This document shows positions 1 through 12,442 of a stretch of DNA of 64,000 bases, one piece after another. Source of the DNA: Eledone cirrhosa (Eukaryota). Position numbers and translations under genes: made by a program. How positions within the stretch are numbered: the stretch's first letter is position 1; the number at the start of each line of letters is the position of its first letter. The notes under the pieces were generated by a model. It was not told the DNA's origin and searched no databases. It saw only the letters and a list, made by a program, of their open reading frames with translations. The DNA is taken from the NCBI GenBank assembly GCA_964016885.1, contig OZ024740.1, forward strand, positions 115,754,001-115,818,000. Direction: 5' to 3'.

Positions 1-2
1 AT

Positions 3-824
3 GTCTGTAAGAAGTCATTCTATCAAAAAGGTAACCTAACTACTCATATACGTATTCATACAGGTGAGAAACCATATCACTGTGATATCTGTAAGAAATC
101 ATTTTCTCAAAAATGTGAGTTAACTGCTCACAGACGTACTCATACAGGAGAGAAACCATATCACTGTGATGTCTGTGGTGAATCATTCTCTCAGGGAAGT
201 AACCTAACCAAACACAAAGGTATTCATTCAGGAGTGACACCATATCATTGCGATATCTGTGGTAAATCATTCATTGTAAACAGTGTCCTAACTAGACACA
301 AGCGTACTCATTCAGGGGAAGCACAATATCGCTGTGATATCTGTGGTAAATCTTTCATAGAAAATAGTGATCTAACTAGACACATGCGTACTCATACAGG
401 AGAAAAACCATATCACTGTGATATTTGTGGTAAATTGTTTTCTCATAAAGCTAACTTAACTAAACATACATACATTCATACAGGAGAAAGACCATATCAC
501 TGTGATATTTGTGGTAAATCTTTCTCTGGAAATGGTGACCTAACTAGACACAAGCGTATTCATTCAGGAGAAAAACCATACCATTGTGATATCTGTGGTA
601 AATCTTTCACTGAAAAAGGTGACCTAACTAAACACACACGTATTCATACAGGAGTAAAACCATATCTCTGTGATATCTGTGGTAAATCATTCACTGAAAA
701 TAGTGTCCTGACTAGACACAAACGTACTCATACAGGAGAAAAACAATATCACTGTGATATCTGTAATGAATCATTCTCACAGTTAAGTAGCTTAACTAAA
801 CATGTACGTATTCATACAGGATAG
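3..824 (+). CDS. C2H2 zinc-finger array protein, 3' part (about 10 fingers, 5' end outside window)
   Basis: Frame is open from base 3 ([24 protein letters not shown]) through ORF 234..824; 28-aa CxxC-x12-HxxxH repeats with TGEKP linkers; ends at TAG 822-824. Confidence 0.92.
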   Translation, partial: VCKKSFYQKGNLTTHIRIHTGEKPYHCDICKKSFSQKCELTAHRRTHTGEKPYHCDVCGESFSQGSNLTKHKGIHSGVTPYHCDICGKSFIVNSVLTRHKRTHSGEAQYRCDICGKSFIENSDLTRHMRTHTGEKPYHCDICGKLFSHKANLTKHTYIHTGERPYHCDICGKSFSGNGDLTRHKRIHSGEKPYHCDICGKSFTEKGDLTKHTRIHTGVKPYLCDICGKSFTENSVLTRHKRTHTGEKQYHCDICNESFSQLSSLTKHVRIHTG

Positions 825-1110
825 AAGCCATATCATTAATCAGTTATTCTCTGAAAAAAGGTGACTTTACTCACAAACGTATTTATATAGGAGAGAAATC
901 ATCACTGAATTATTTGTGGTAAATTACTCTGAAGGTGGGCACTTGACTAGACACAAATGTCTTCATGAAAGAAACCCTGTCACTGATATCTGTGGTAAAT
1001 TATTCTCTGAAGGTAGGCACTTGACTGTACATGTCTTCATACATGATAGAAACCAATCACTGGTATGTGGTAAATTATTCTCCTGAAAATGTCACTTAAA
1101 TAGACTTAAA
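825..1110 (+). pseudogene. Degenerate zinc-finger relics downstream of the stop
   Basis: Frameshifted finger-like DNA (cacaaacgtatt..ggagagaaa, tgtggtaaatta) repeated 3-4 times after the TAG. Confidence 0.75.
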
Positions 1111-2127
1111 TCATTCTATAAAAAAAAGTAACTTTACATCCACTTTTTCCATGCTGACATGAGTTGGGCAAGACTTCTTGGGGGAATATTCTTCAAAGGG
1201 ATGCCTTACCTAATACAAATTCTTTTTGTTTTTAACTTAACTACTCTCAACCATATTTGTAGGAAAACAACTACATATCATTACGATATATGTGCTAACT
1301 CACCATAAATACTTTCAAACAGGAGAGCAATCATATCATATATGTAGTCACACAAGAAAGAGAATCAACAGATAACCTCCCAACACTATTTTATACAGAT
1401 ATATATAAAATATATATCTATATTGGTAAATTAACTGTGATATTTTGATTAAATCATTCTTTCAAAAAACTCATGTTCCAATCATTTGACATTGTTGGTA
1501 ATTAGCTGCTGGGCAATATATTCTCATAAATCAGAAACATCACTCTACAGCATGTTATGAATAAATACACAAACCACATGAAATATTTCATATCATTATA
1601 GAATAGAATATATAACCCATGCTAGCGTGGCAGAACGGACGTAAAACGGTGATGATGATGATGATGATATATATATTCATTCTAGATCTTTACATTCATA
1701 TATAAAATTGTATTTATACATCCCATCAAGTGCATGATTCTGTTAAGATTTATATAATTTTATCATTTTTTATATTTATCTCATGATTCCTTCATAATTT
1801 AATGGTTAAACTGGACTTAATTTACAAGTGTCAATGTAACTTTATATTTAATATAAAGTGGGTGATGTAATTTGTGAATCATCTTTCTCAATGTTTTAAT
1901 ATCACTTTCACATGTTGATATACAGGACCACATTTTCTCATTTGTTTGTCATCAGCTGTGAGGTCCTAATTTTCACCTCATCCCATTTTGTGAATATTTT
2001 AAAAAAATCTGAAATTTATATAACGATGATTTACTTTGATATTCTCTTTTCATTCTATGTTGAACATCTAACTAAACAAATGTGAAACACATTTTGTTAT
2101 TCTTTTTCTACATATGCTGCAATGTGC

Positions 2128-2680
2128 ATACTACTACTACTACTTTGACGCTAAACCCTGTCAGTTGCAGACTGCACATCAACATGAGATATTTTTCTCC
2201 ATAAAGTTCGATCACCAACAGCAGAGTTTAAAGAGCAAAGATCAAGTCCAGTCCATAGGTTGACATTATCAAGCCATCGTTTTGGCTGCCAGCCTCTGCT
2301 TCTCTTACCAGCCAACAATCCGTCCAGGCATGACCTATTCACACCACGAGTTGATCTTTTTATATGACCGTATAGTTTGAGTACTCTTGACAATTGATGT
2401 AATTGGTCTAAGTCTGGTAATGTTGAGCAGCACACTGATACAGATACGGTAGCTGAGCCGCTTGCCAGTCATAAGTCTCATGATGTGGTTCTGGAATATA
2501 GAGAGCTTCTGAAGTGACCTTGTTAAACACAGTCAAGACTATATAACACAACTGGTAGGATGTAAGTGTCGAAGATCTTAGCCTTCAAATGACAGGGAAT
2601 TCGTTTTGATGTTAGTACTTCCTTGTTCTTGTTGAAAGCTGCCCAACCTAGAGCAATGTGCATAAGTATTCTTTAATTAT
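2128..2680 (-). mobile_element. RTE-clade LINE 3' fragment
   Basis: Minus strand reads IALGWAAFNKNK..ILPVVLY and LYGHIKR..GKRSRGWQPKRWLD; short (TAG)n tail at about 2128-2143. Confidence 0.7.
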
Positions 2681-3364
2681 GTCAACAATGAATGTACTTT
2701 AAGTAAATCAAACTGGCCATTTGAGTGACATCTTAGTTTGTGTTAGAAATAAATAATGTCTGTCTACAACTCTATTTTTGAAGAGAAGGATAATGGTATT
2801 TATTTACTGATGATTGGTGTATTAACAGTGAAACGTATAGGCAATCTCTTATGTTTTTCTCTATACAGAGAAAGTAATTGAATGTTCTTCACATTTGTTT
2901 AAATTTTCACAGCGAGGTTTATAAATTGTAGTTATACTTAGATATTATAAATTGTAGTTATATCTTAGATATTCTAACATACGCTGTGTCCACCAATTTT
3001 ACATCCACTTTTCCAGTGCTGATCATAATAGTGAACAACAGAATCCGAAACACTTATAAGACAAATTTTATGATATTAAAATATAAGAACAGCCACAGTT
3101 TGAAAAACTTAAAATATATTATATACTTCAGGAAAAATAATTACATTTTTAAAAGACATTTGTTTATAGTTTTAAAAAGGGTTTTTATCTAATACACATT
3201 TTGTATGTATGGATGGATCCACAATTCCTGGTGAAGTTGTAGGGTACCATCATGACATACAGCAATACAGCATATCTTGGGCATTTTAAAACTTAGCAGA
3301 GTCCATTTCTCTCCAGTCCTGAACTCAGCGAATTTCTTTCTGAGAGAGAGGAAGTGAGAAAGAA

Positions 3365-3480
3365 TTGACCCCAGTATTAGACTGGTACTTTATTTGGCGA
3401 CTTTGAAAAGATGATAGGTAAACTTGACTTCAGCAGGATTTGAACTTGGAGTGCAGAGAGCCAGAAAGAATGTGAAACAT
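3365..3480 (-). mobile_element. Diverged tRNA-derived SINE (family X, core GCCTTTCATCC..GGGGTCGATAAAAT..GTACCAGT)
   Basis: Matches the other copies in the window; B-box-like GTTCAAATCC on the minus strand. Core resembles the Meta/MESC SINE domain (recalled, not searched). Confidence 0.6.
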
Positions 3481-5122
3481 TCTATTCAATATTCTAATGA
3501 CATCCTACTCACTGCCTTATCACATATTTACTTTAAAACATTCTTAAAAGACATTTACAGTTTTTAAATATTTTAATAAAATTACAACTTTGTTATTTTT
3601 TATTGATATTTCTTTACATTTTTTTAAATGTAAATAATATGATTGCCAAATAAATACCCAATTTAAAGATAAACATTAAAATCATTTTTCCTTAAGTATG
3701 TTCCAGTCGTTAGTGTTCCCATTTTTTCATATTTTGAATTCTAAATACAGAACACAAAACTGACCTTCGATAGATGTTTTAGGTTGAAAAAAAGGATTGT
3801 TGTTTAACCCTTTTGCTACCATATTCTAATGACAGACATTACTTATGATTTCAAAATTATTTTGAAAATCAGGAATTTGAAAGGTTCTAGTAAGATAACT
3901 AGCCTTCTCATTATTAAGCTGGTGTCTGAAGCAAAGGCTCTTACATAAAATTAAATTTATATGAACATTTAGAAATAAGCAACTTAAAATATTTATCCAG
4001 AGATGAGTTTGACATATAAAGCTGAAATTTCTTGGTTTACTTCTTCTAATCCATGCCAATTTGGAAAGTAGATGTAAATTGATGATAATTATTGTGTTAT
4101 GTTATTATTTTTTCAATCTACTTGTCAGACTGGTAAGGACAATAACAAGAACACAGACAGAAACACACTGAATATAAATGGATTTCAAATAATATATTGA
4201 TGGAAAATTGTGATGTATAAAGCAGCAATTTATTAGAATTCAAACGTTTAAAGAGAGATGATGCATAATAAAATAGAGAAAATCTGAAAGAGAAAGTTAA
4301 GAGAGGCTAACAATAGAAGAAAGCACTTTATTAAAAATTTAAACTAATGTTATTTGTGTGACTGGTAATGTCAGGTTGAAAAATTTAATTTACCAATAAA
4401 TCATGATATTTCAGTGGTTTATTCCATTCAGCACCAAGAATGGGAGGAGTAAAAGAGTTGCTAACAGTGGCATCCTCATATGAGGCAGCCACCCTTTAGC
4501 CCACAGGCAAAATATAAGTCTATTGAGCCTCTTCCCATCAACCCTGAACAATCTGGCTGGCTCCAGAATTGAGGATAGATTGATTCTGGCTAATTAGGTT
4601 CAGTTTGGTGTGACAAATGATGTGCATTTAATTGACATAATCCATGAAGACCCTTGGAATCACTGACCTTGGGACATTGTTAGTAATGAAATTAACTTCT
4701 GGTGTTTCAAACATCAGCTAATAAAGGTTCTTACATATAATTATGAAGGAAGGTTTTTTTTAAATAATTAAAAGTATTTTCAAATAAACAGTTTAGTATA
4801 GTACAACTTGGGGCAGTTTCAGGTAACTTGGTATAAAAAGTGTTGAACAGGGTTCTTGGTTTGTCAGAAATTCTACTTACTCATTAAGCATTTATTTCAT
4901 AGAAGATATTGGCATGTGACTCTAATTGTATCCAAGAATTGCAATCAAAATTCGACATAATCATAGTTTAGTGCTGTCTCTCAACTTATGTTTGCCAAGA
5001 TGCAGATTACGATTATATGAAATTAAAAAAGAAAGGAAAAAAAAAAAAAAAAACTAATTGTGTTCCTGTAGAAAATCTAGGATAATAATTGTTTCTCCTT
5101 TTTAGGATAATAATGAAATAAT

Positions 5123-5290
5123 TGTTTCTACTTTAGGCACAAGGCCAGCAATTATCCCAGTGTATTACTGGTACTTTATTTTATCGACCCCGTAAGGATG
5201 AAAGGCAAAGTCAACCTCGGCCTTTCATCCTTACGGGGTCGATAAAATAAAGTACCAGTAATACACTGGGATAATTGCTGGCCTTGTGCC
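5123..5290 (-). mobile_element. Family X SINE with fold-back (74-bp perfect inverted repeat) and 12-bp TSD
   Basis: Arms 5133-5206 and 5220-5293; TSD taatgaaataat at 5111-5122 and 5291-5302; empty site in copy B at about 38944-38955. Confidence 0.9.
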
Positions 5291-5479
5291 TAATGAAATA
5301 ATGTTTTAAAAGTCTAATTAATTTTCTTTTTTTGTTTTCTATTTTATCAACATAATTGTAACCAACACACTGGAAATGTATCTCTGCAAAATTTCATTTG
5401 AAAGAAAGCATTATTGAAGATACTAGGTTAGGGGTGGGACATTAAACTGCATGGCTTGAAACAATACTCCCTCCCCTCA

Positions 5480-5920
5480 ATTCTGGAGGAAGCTGGATTG
5501 TCCAGGGTTGATGGGAAGAGGCCAGATGGTCTTATTCTTTGCCCCTAGATAAGAAGTAGATATCTTATTTTGGATACCACAGTTAGTGACTCTTTTGCTT
5601 TGGTAAAGATGAGGATTACTGCATCCATAGCCATTATTATATTTTACCAGTTTGTGTCTTTCGAGATGTTTGGAGGAGCTGGACCACTGACAATGAGGAT
5701 CTTGTCATTTTTGGTGGCTCGCCTAACTGATGTATCATGTGATGCCTGCGTGGGTGCTTGGTTATTCCAGTACCTTAACCTCGCTATCACTTACAGTAAT
5801 GCTGCGGGTGTGTTCACTTGCCTAAAAGATTATTAGAGGGGTATCCCCACCATCACTTGTGGCGTGATTGAGTGCGAGTCGTCTCCCTTTTATTATCTCC
5901 CTTCCCCTCTTTGTTTTGTT
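5480..5920 (+). mobile_element. CRE-like non-LTR 3' fragment (restriction-like endonuclease)
   Basis: GKRPDG..LDTTVSDSFA..FEMFGGAG motif; duplicated at 39135-39570; better copy at 53800-54240 (-). Confidence 0.65.
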
Positions 5921-7502
5921 GTGTGTAAGAAATTTATAACAAACCTATTAGACCATTGCAATTTCCAATTGTACATTTATTAGAGTGGGAAATATATAAT
6001 GTTTAGGTATCGTAAAATGTCTACCTGCTTCTCAAATATAGCGAGCAATTCTATTTACAACAACCACCATTTTCACCTATATTAACAGATAACTACTGAT
6101 CTCATTGTATCCCACATATACACTCATCTACTATATAAATGGCAATTTCTGTGTAACCAGTTGGCGCCTACACCAATGATTCGATCATTATGAAACTTTA
6201 CAAACATGATAAGCTAATATTCAGAAACAGGATTGGCTAATGGATTTCAATAAAAGTCAATAATGTAATCTCTGGGGACATTTTTACAATGGAGGAGGAA
6301 AGAAAGACGTTTCAGTGAAAGAGGCCGGAAGGGGAGATACTACTACGGTATCTTAAAACATCCCTCCTACTACTCCCATTCCTCCTCCCACAAATCAGTC
6401 CTCCAAAACAAGGCAACAACTTATTAGAAACACACATAGAAATTTCAAACAAAGGAGACTGAAAAGATGTCTGTATATATATATATATATATGAAATATA
6501 AGAATCAAAGAACTGTTCAAAACATTATTGTGTTTACAGCTGTTTCCTCCAAACCGAGGTTTGGATTCTTCGGAGCAATTTATTAATGCATGGACAGTTA
6601 TATGACCTCCTTTTCAGCCAAGAGACATACTGATACATATGCAAATACTATATATATATATCACCCACTGATATGGATTCTGAACACGTGCACACGCTTA
6701 GGTCACATTAAGGTTAACTGCGGGAATCGGTGATAAGTTACAAAAAAGTGTGATGATAAATGACTTGGAAGTTGGCTTACCATGAGATTAGTCTGAAGAA
6801 TAAAACCCAAATCGTATGTTGACGAATATTCGTACTCCCGGAATGTTAATTGTAACATGCCGTCTTTGAGAGTAGAGTTTATTTTGTCCATATTTCGAGG
6901 TTTCGGATCGTGGGAAGATTAACACGAATTAAGAAGATGTAACTTCTTCCCCATTATTGACACTTTGCAACGGTGAACGTTACAAGGCCCTATTTAGGGC
7001 CAACACTTCTGATTGTTTATCCGACTTATTATGGTGTATTTTTTCGGGTTATGTCTGCTATAAGGGGAAAACGCGATGGCTTTATTGAATTGCTTCAGTC
7101 ATTCGAAGGGCTTTACAAACGGTGATATACAGGGTGCTTGAACAGTACCTGAATATGTTCACTCGGTTATAATTTCTTCAATAATTGTGATGACTTCTTC
7201 AATTGTTCTGTTTGTTCTTGAACGCTAAGGCAGTAAGTTTGCTATTCTTATACATGAGTTTGTTGAATAAGGTCGATATTCTTTGAATTCAAACTTCCCC
7301 GGCTTATTCACTCTGAATGAAGAAAGCTAGATGGAAGAAGGACTTATGAATTAAACAGCTATTGATAGTTCCACACAAAACATTGATCTGCCATAAACAC
7401 ACCTAGCAAAAGTTGCTATTGAAAATCCAGTATGGGCATCCAGGGTCGCTATCGTTTTCAGGCGCATTCTGGGAACTGCGAATAACCCCACCTTTCCCGG
7501 GT

Positions 7503-7668
7503 CAACAATTTTAGTGGAGGGGAAAGTTGATTAAATGGACCCCAGTGCATTACTGGTACTTTATTTTATCGATCCCGTAATGATGAAAGGTAAAGCTAAC
7601 CTCGAACGCAGAACGTAAAGGGCCGTAACAATATATCGCAAAGCATGTTGTTCGACGCTCTACCGATA
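7503..7668 (-). mobile_element. Family X SINE
   Basis: ccccagtgcattactggtactttattttatcgatcccgtaatgatgaaagg core plus head region. Confidence 0.7.
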
Positions 7669-8037
7669 ATAATAAACAATGTTTTAGGTAGTTTCCATGA
7701 GATTTCGTAGTAGCTAAAACAGTTCATTTACAATATGCGCGCGCGTGTGTGTGAGTTCGGCAATCTCTGTAATGTACGGAAAGATTGCTGAACACAGATA
7801 CATAGAGACATACACACATACAAATACATATATACATACTAACACACACGCAAACAAATATATATATATATTAGCGGTCGCTATCTTCAATTTGCAAAGC
7901 ACTTTAAACGTAATGTTATTACTCTAAGGTTTTATACCTTATAGAGTGCTTGGCTGTATTTTCTGACTGCATTCGTTGGCTTAGCTGCGGCTCGAGCTTC
8001 GATTATGCTGTACTTCCATTTATATATATTATATATA

Positions 8038-8161
8038 TAGGAAAAAAAGTCAGGACTCCGACCGCTGAGCTCCGGCCGTTTCGACAGCTAGATCCGAACT
8101 ATTCGGATCTAGTTGTCGAAATGGCCGAAGCTCAGCCGTCGGAGTCCTGACTCTTTTTCTA
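8038..8161. mobile_element. GC-rich palindromic MITE-like fold-back
   Basis: About 60-bp arms around a 3-nt loop at 8099-8101, few mismatches, TA at both ends. Confidence 0.7.
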
Positions 8162-8734
8162 TTACCCACTCCTCTACTACCCTAAGTATCTAGTACTCTG
8201 GTGCGTTATGGCAAGGCCATCTTAACAGCATTATATGCCCCCGGGCAAAGCAGAGCACTGGGGCCCCTACCTACACAACCACTCACAGGAATAAAAATAC
8301 AAATGATCAATATAATTAAAGATATATTCATTGTATTGATATTTCCAACGAAATCAGTGTTTATTCATTAAAAACATGTGGTACATCAAAGATTAATTAA
8401 CACAAACGTTTGAACAATATAACATGAGCCTTGAAAAACACAAAAATTTCAGCACAAATGATATTCAATTCGTAAAACATACAGACGGAGATCGCGCAGT
8501 ATCAAATTACGATGAACTATTTATTAATAATCAGGTGGTCAATACAAATATTTGCGAAATTTCTTTGAAGATAATTGCTTTACAATTGGCTTGAAGTCAA
8601 TGGTTTTCAGGATTTCATTTTCCAAACACATGAGTGAAAGCCAGTTCAAACACTGCTGTCCCATTGTGCTGTGAAGCTGATTTTTTTTATAAGTCTTAGT
8701 CTTGAAAATGAACGTTCTCCCCCACAGTCTTGGA

Positions 8735-9445
8735 AATTGTTTTATACCGAACATAATATTTACGGTAAAAAATGCTTGCATTTTCGCAGCATCTGTCGGT
8801 CGACAAACAGATCGGGTTTTCCTTGATTTGAAATCTGCTGTTGGCCATATCGATTAATCTCTTCTGCCACAACTTCGAAGAAAGTTTGTGGTAAAAACAA
8901 AAAGAAATAATCCAGTGCTTTAGCATCGGGATCTAATGTGTGTTGTGGACCAATAATTTGAATAAAATCGGAAACATATTAGTGTGGTATTTTTCAACCA
9001 CGTTGCTGTAATATTTTCAATGGCGTCCTGGAGACCTCCTTCGTTTTCACTTTCAAAACAATCATCGTCGGACGAAATTTCAGACATACAAACATCAGAT
9101 TCATTTGAAGATAAATCACTAATATTATCGTTTGTTTCTTGTTTATTCTGAATGTCGTCGTGTGTAAAATCTTCAAAGTCGGTATTGCTACTTCCATAGG
9201 CCATGTTGATACAAAAAGAAAATTTGTTGCACTTTCAAAGTTAAAAAAACACTTGTTGTTTTAACTTGTTTCACTATATTAAGTGTTAATTTTCGCGGTA
9301 AGGGCCTAATCTCGCAGCAGTCTCGAAGTGACGAGATTTTGATGATGGTTTGTTTATTTTTAGAACGATTTTTTAGTGTGGGTGTTTTCGGGCGGTTTGA
9401 ACAAATGAAGGGGAAATAATTTCGGGTTGTTTGAACACTAAAGGG
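8735..9445 (-). mobile_element. piggyBac 5' end with frameshifted transposase N-terminus
   Basis: TTAA|CCCTTT terminus (9449-9440, minus strand); acidic SDxxxD N-terminus; LDYFFLFLPQTFFEVVAEEINRY and MQAFFTVNIMFGIKQFP resemble PGBD-type transposases. Confidence 0.65.
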
Positions 9446-9579
9446 TTAAACCAAATATTCGCTGAGGGTCGCCATTCAAATCTTACCAAACAAAAGAACT
9501 GTAATGGTATCATGATGCTCAATTGCCACAGAAACCGAATGTTATAATTAATATATTTATTATAACAAATATTTTTAAA

Positions 9580-9726
9580 AGTGGCCGGTGTACGGTTTGA
9601 AGGAGTGACCGGTTTTGTAAAGAAAAATTATATTAATTTTAACTCCATTTTGCCAGGACTTTTTAAAACAACCGCTTTAGAGAGGTGGTCGGTTTTATGA
9701 CGGGCCGGTTTAGAGAGATCTTACTG
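9580..9726 (-). mobile_element. Tc1/mariner-pogo-like terminal fragment
   Basis: Minus strand begins TA|CAGTAAGATCTCTCTAAACCGGC with internal subrepeats. Confidence 0.4.
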
Positions 9727-9884
9727 TATAGTATAGTATTTATCATTTGACAGCAAGTCGCTACATACATAGATTAGCATGGGCCCCTACCCTCGTGGGG
9801 CCCCCGGGCAACTGCCCAGCGTGCCCATGCGTTAAGACGGCCCTGCGTTATGGTTCACCTGGTTCCTTACCACACTTTCTTTGT

Positions 9885-10274
<390 letters not shown>

Positions 10275-12442
10275 TCTCTAAAGGACATACCTATACCTAG
10301 GAATAAAGACTTTATAAAACAATTAATAGAAAAATCAGACTCATTTATAAGAAGAATCAGGTGGCGTGCTTTCCACTTCGATAAATCTGATGTAAAAGAG
10401 AATATTTCCAATCTCGATAGAATCTTCAAATCTAAAAAAAAAAACACCTTCCAACAAACTACTAATGGATTTTGAAAATGAAATCATCTCTATCATTTAA
10501 AGCATTAAATTAAAAAAAACAACAACTTCATAGGCCAGGATTACCTAAGAAATCTCAAAAATAATATTGAAAACTTAGAGAAAACGGAAAAAATTCTAGT
10601 CAAGTCGGATAAAACCAATAATCTTTATCGAATGCAAAAGGATATTTATAACGATCTTATATTAAAGGAATTAAGGAAGAAATACAAAATAACAACTAAT
10701 AACGACCTTGAAAAATTGAATACAGACGCTTCTTACATAATGCAGGGATTAGGCATTGAAAATAAGACACAACCCTTCATGCCAAGGAAACCAAAAATTA
10801 ATACGAAGGACCACAAAAGGAACTTTGGAATTGACTTACCAGTTAGATTAATTGAACCATCTAAATCGGACCTTGGCATACTTAGCAAGAACATTTTAGA
10901 CAGAATAATACCACAAATTAAGGAATTATCTTATTTAAAATTATGGAAAGGAACTAACGAAGTTATCGAATGGTTTAAAGACATTAAATATAATTATAAT
11001 AATAAGTTTATTCAATTGGATATTGCTAATTATTACTCATCCATCACTCCTAATCTACTTAATAAAGCACTGACATATGCATTTAAACATACAGACTTAA
11101 CAAGTAATGAAATGCACATTATCCTAACGGCACGGAAAACATTAATTAAATTTAACAACCACCTCTGGACTAGAGCGGATAGAGATAATAATTTCGATAT
11201 CACTATGGGGTCATCTGATTCCGCCCAAATAACGGATCTTGTGGGGGCTTTTTATAAATAATACTCTACATAGAAAAATACCGGAGATGACCGGAGGTTT
11301 ATATCGCGACGATATGCTATTACTTATCGAAAATAATAACTGAATTAAATAGGAAAAGAAAAGAAATTATACAATTTTTTAATTACCTTAATCTTAAAGT
11401 AGAAATAGAGAATAATTATAAAATAGTTAACTTTCTAGATGTAACCTTAAACCTTAACACATGTCTTCATTATTCATTTCACAAATTAAACGAGAACCTA
11501 AACTACGTTAATTTTAACTCCAATCACCCCAGATCCGTTAAAAATACTATAGTAAATTCTGTACAGCAACGCATTTCTAGAATTTCAGCTAATAAGAATA
11601 TTTTTGATGATAAAGCACAGTATTACAACGAAGCGTTAGGTAGAGCTGGATATAGTAATAAAATTAAATACATTGATAATAATAATATAACAACTAACCA
11701 TAATTTTAACAACTATAATAGAAAACCTTACAATAATCCGAAAAACAAAAAAAGAAATAGAACTAGGAATATATTATGGTTCGCTCCTCCTTTCTCATTA
11801 AATATTAAAACTCCTATTGCTAAACTATTCTTTAAAGCTCTTGACAAATGCTTCCCTAGAACACATAGATATTACTCAATATTTAATAGACATACTATAA
11901 AATTAACTTATTCAACCACCAGTAATTTAGCGCAGAATATTAATAGAATTAATAATAGAAACTTAAAACCTAACCAGAATACCATTAACAACCCCAGCAA
12001 TATCCAATTTAATAATACGGCTCCTAGTAACTTGAATTTTGATAAATGTAACTGTAGAAATAAATTTAACTGTCCGTTAAATAACAATTGTTTAGCTAAA
12101 AATATAGTATATAATTGTAATGTAAGAACTAATTTAAATTCATTTAATTATGTAGGTTCTACTTCCACAGACTTTAAATCTCGTTTTAAAAACCATAAAT
12201 GCTCTTTTATGAATATAAATAAAAAATGTTCAACTTCTCTATCTAGCTTACTATGGGACCTAAAATCAAAGAACACTAACTATTCTTTACTTTGGAATAT
12301 TATCTCCAAAGCTCCTCCATTTAATGCTTCTTCTGAAAATTGTGCTCTTTGTATAGAGGAAATATTCTTTATATTAAAAAGCAAAAATTCTGTGAATTTA
12401 AGGAACAATCTTTTCAGTTGCTGCAAACATAGATTAAATTAA
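10275..12442 (+). mobile_element. Penelope-like retroelement, Naiad-type (RT plus C-terminal GIY-YIG), frameshifted
   Basis: [16 protein letters not shown]; KSDKT; TMGS; GLYRDDML; NFLDVTL..SNHP; IWFAPPFS; CNCRNKFNC (CxCx5C), IVY..YVGST..RFKNH, CALC, CCKHR. Confidence 0.85.

Larger units (their letters stand above)
8212..9845 (-). mobile_element. Internally deleted hAT transposon with nested fragments
   Basis: TIRs caaggccatcttaac / gttaagacggccctg; 8-bp TSD cgttatgg at 8204-8211 and 9846-9853; hAT dimerisation-like ERSFSRLRLIK..STMGQQCLNWLSL at about 8540-8730 (-). Confidence 0.85.

Noticed and set aside
40-270. Antisense ORFs on the ZNF arrays (also 28749-29063, 49027-49341)
   Set aside because: Shadow frames of the repetitive finger codons.
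3805-4035. TTAACCCTTT-ended piggyBac-like MITE (similar ends near 4845, 33925, 62225)
   Set aside because: Matching opposite termini and TSDs could not be fixed by eye, so no boundaries were called.
11338-11346. TGA after GLYRDDMLLLIENNN as a selenocysteine codon
   Set aside because: RT homology continues in another frame (TELNRKRK..NFLDVTL), so it is a frameshift product and not at a Cys position.
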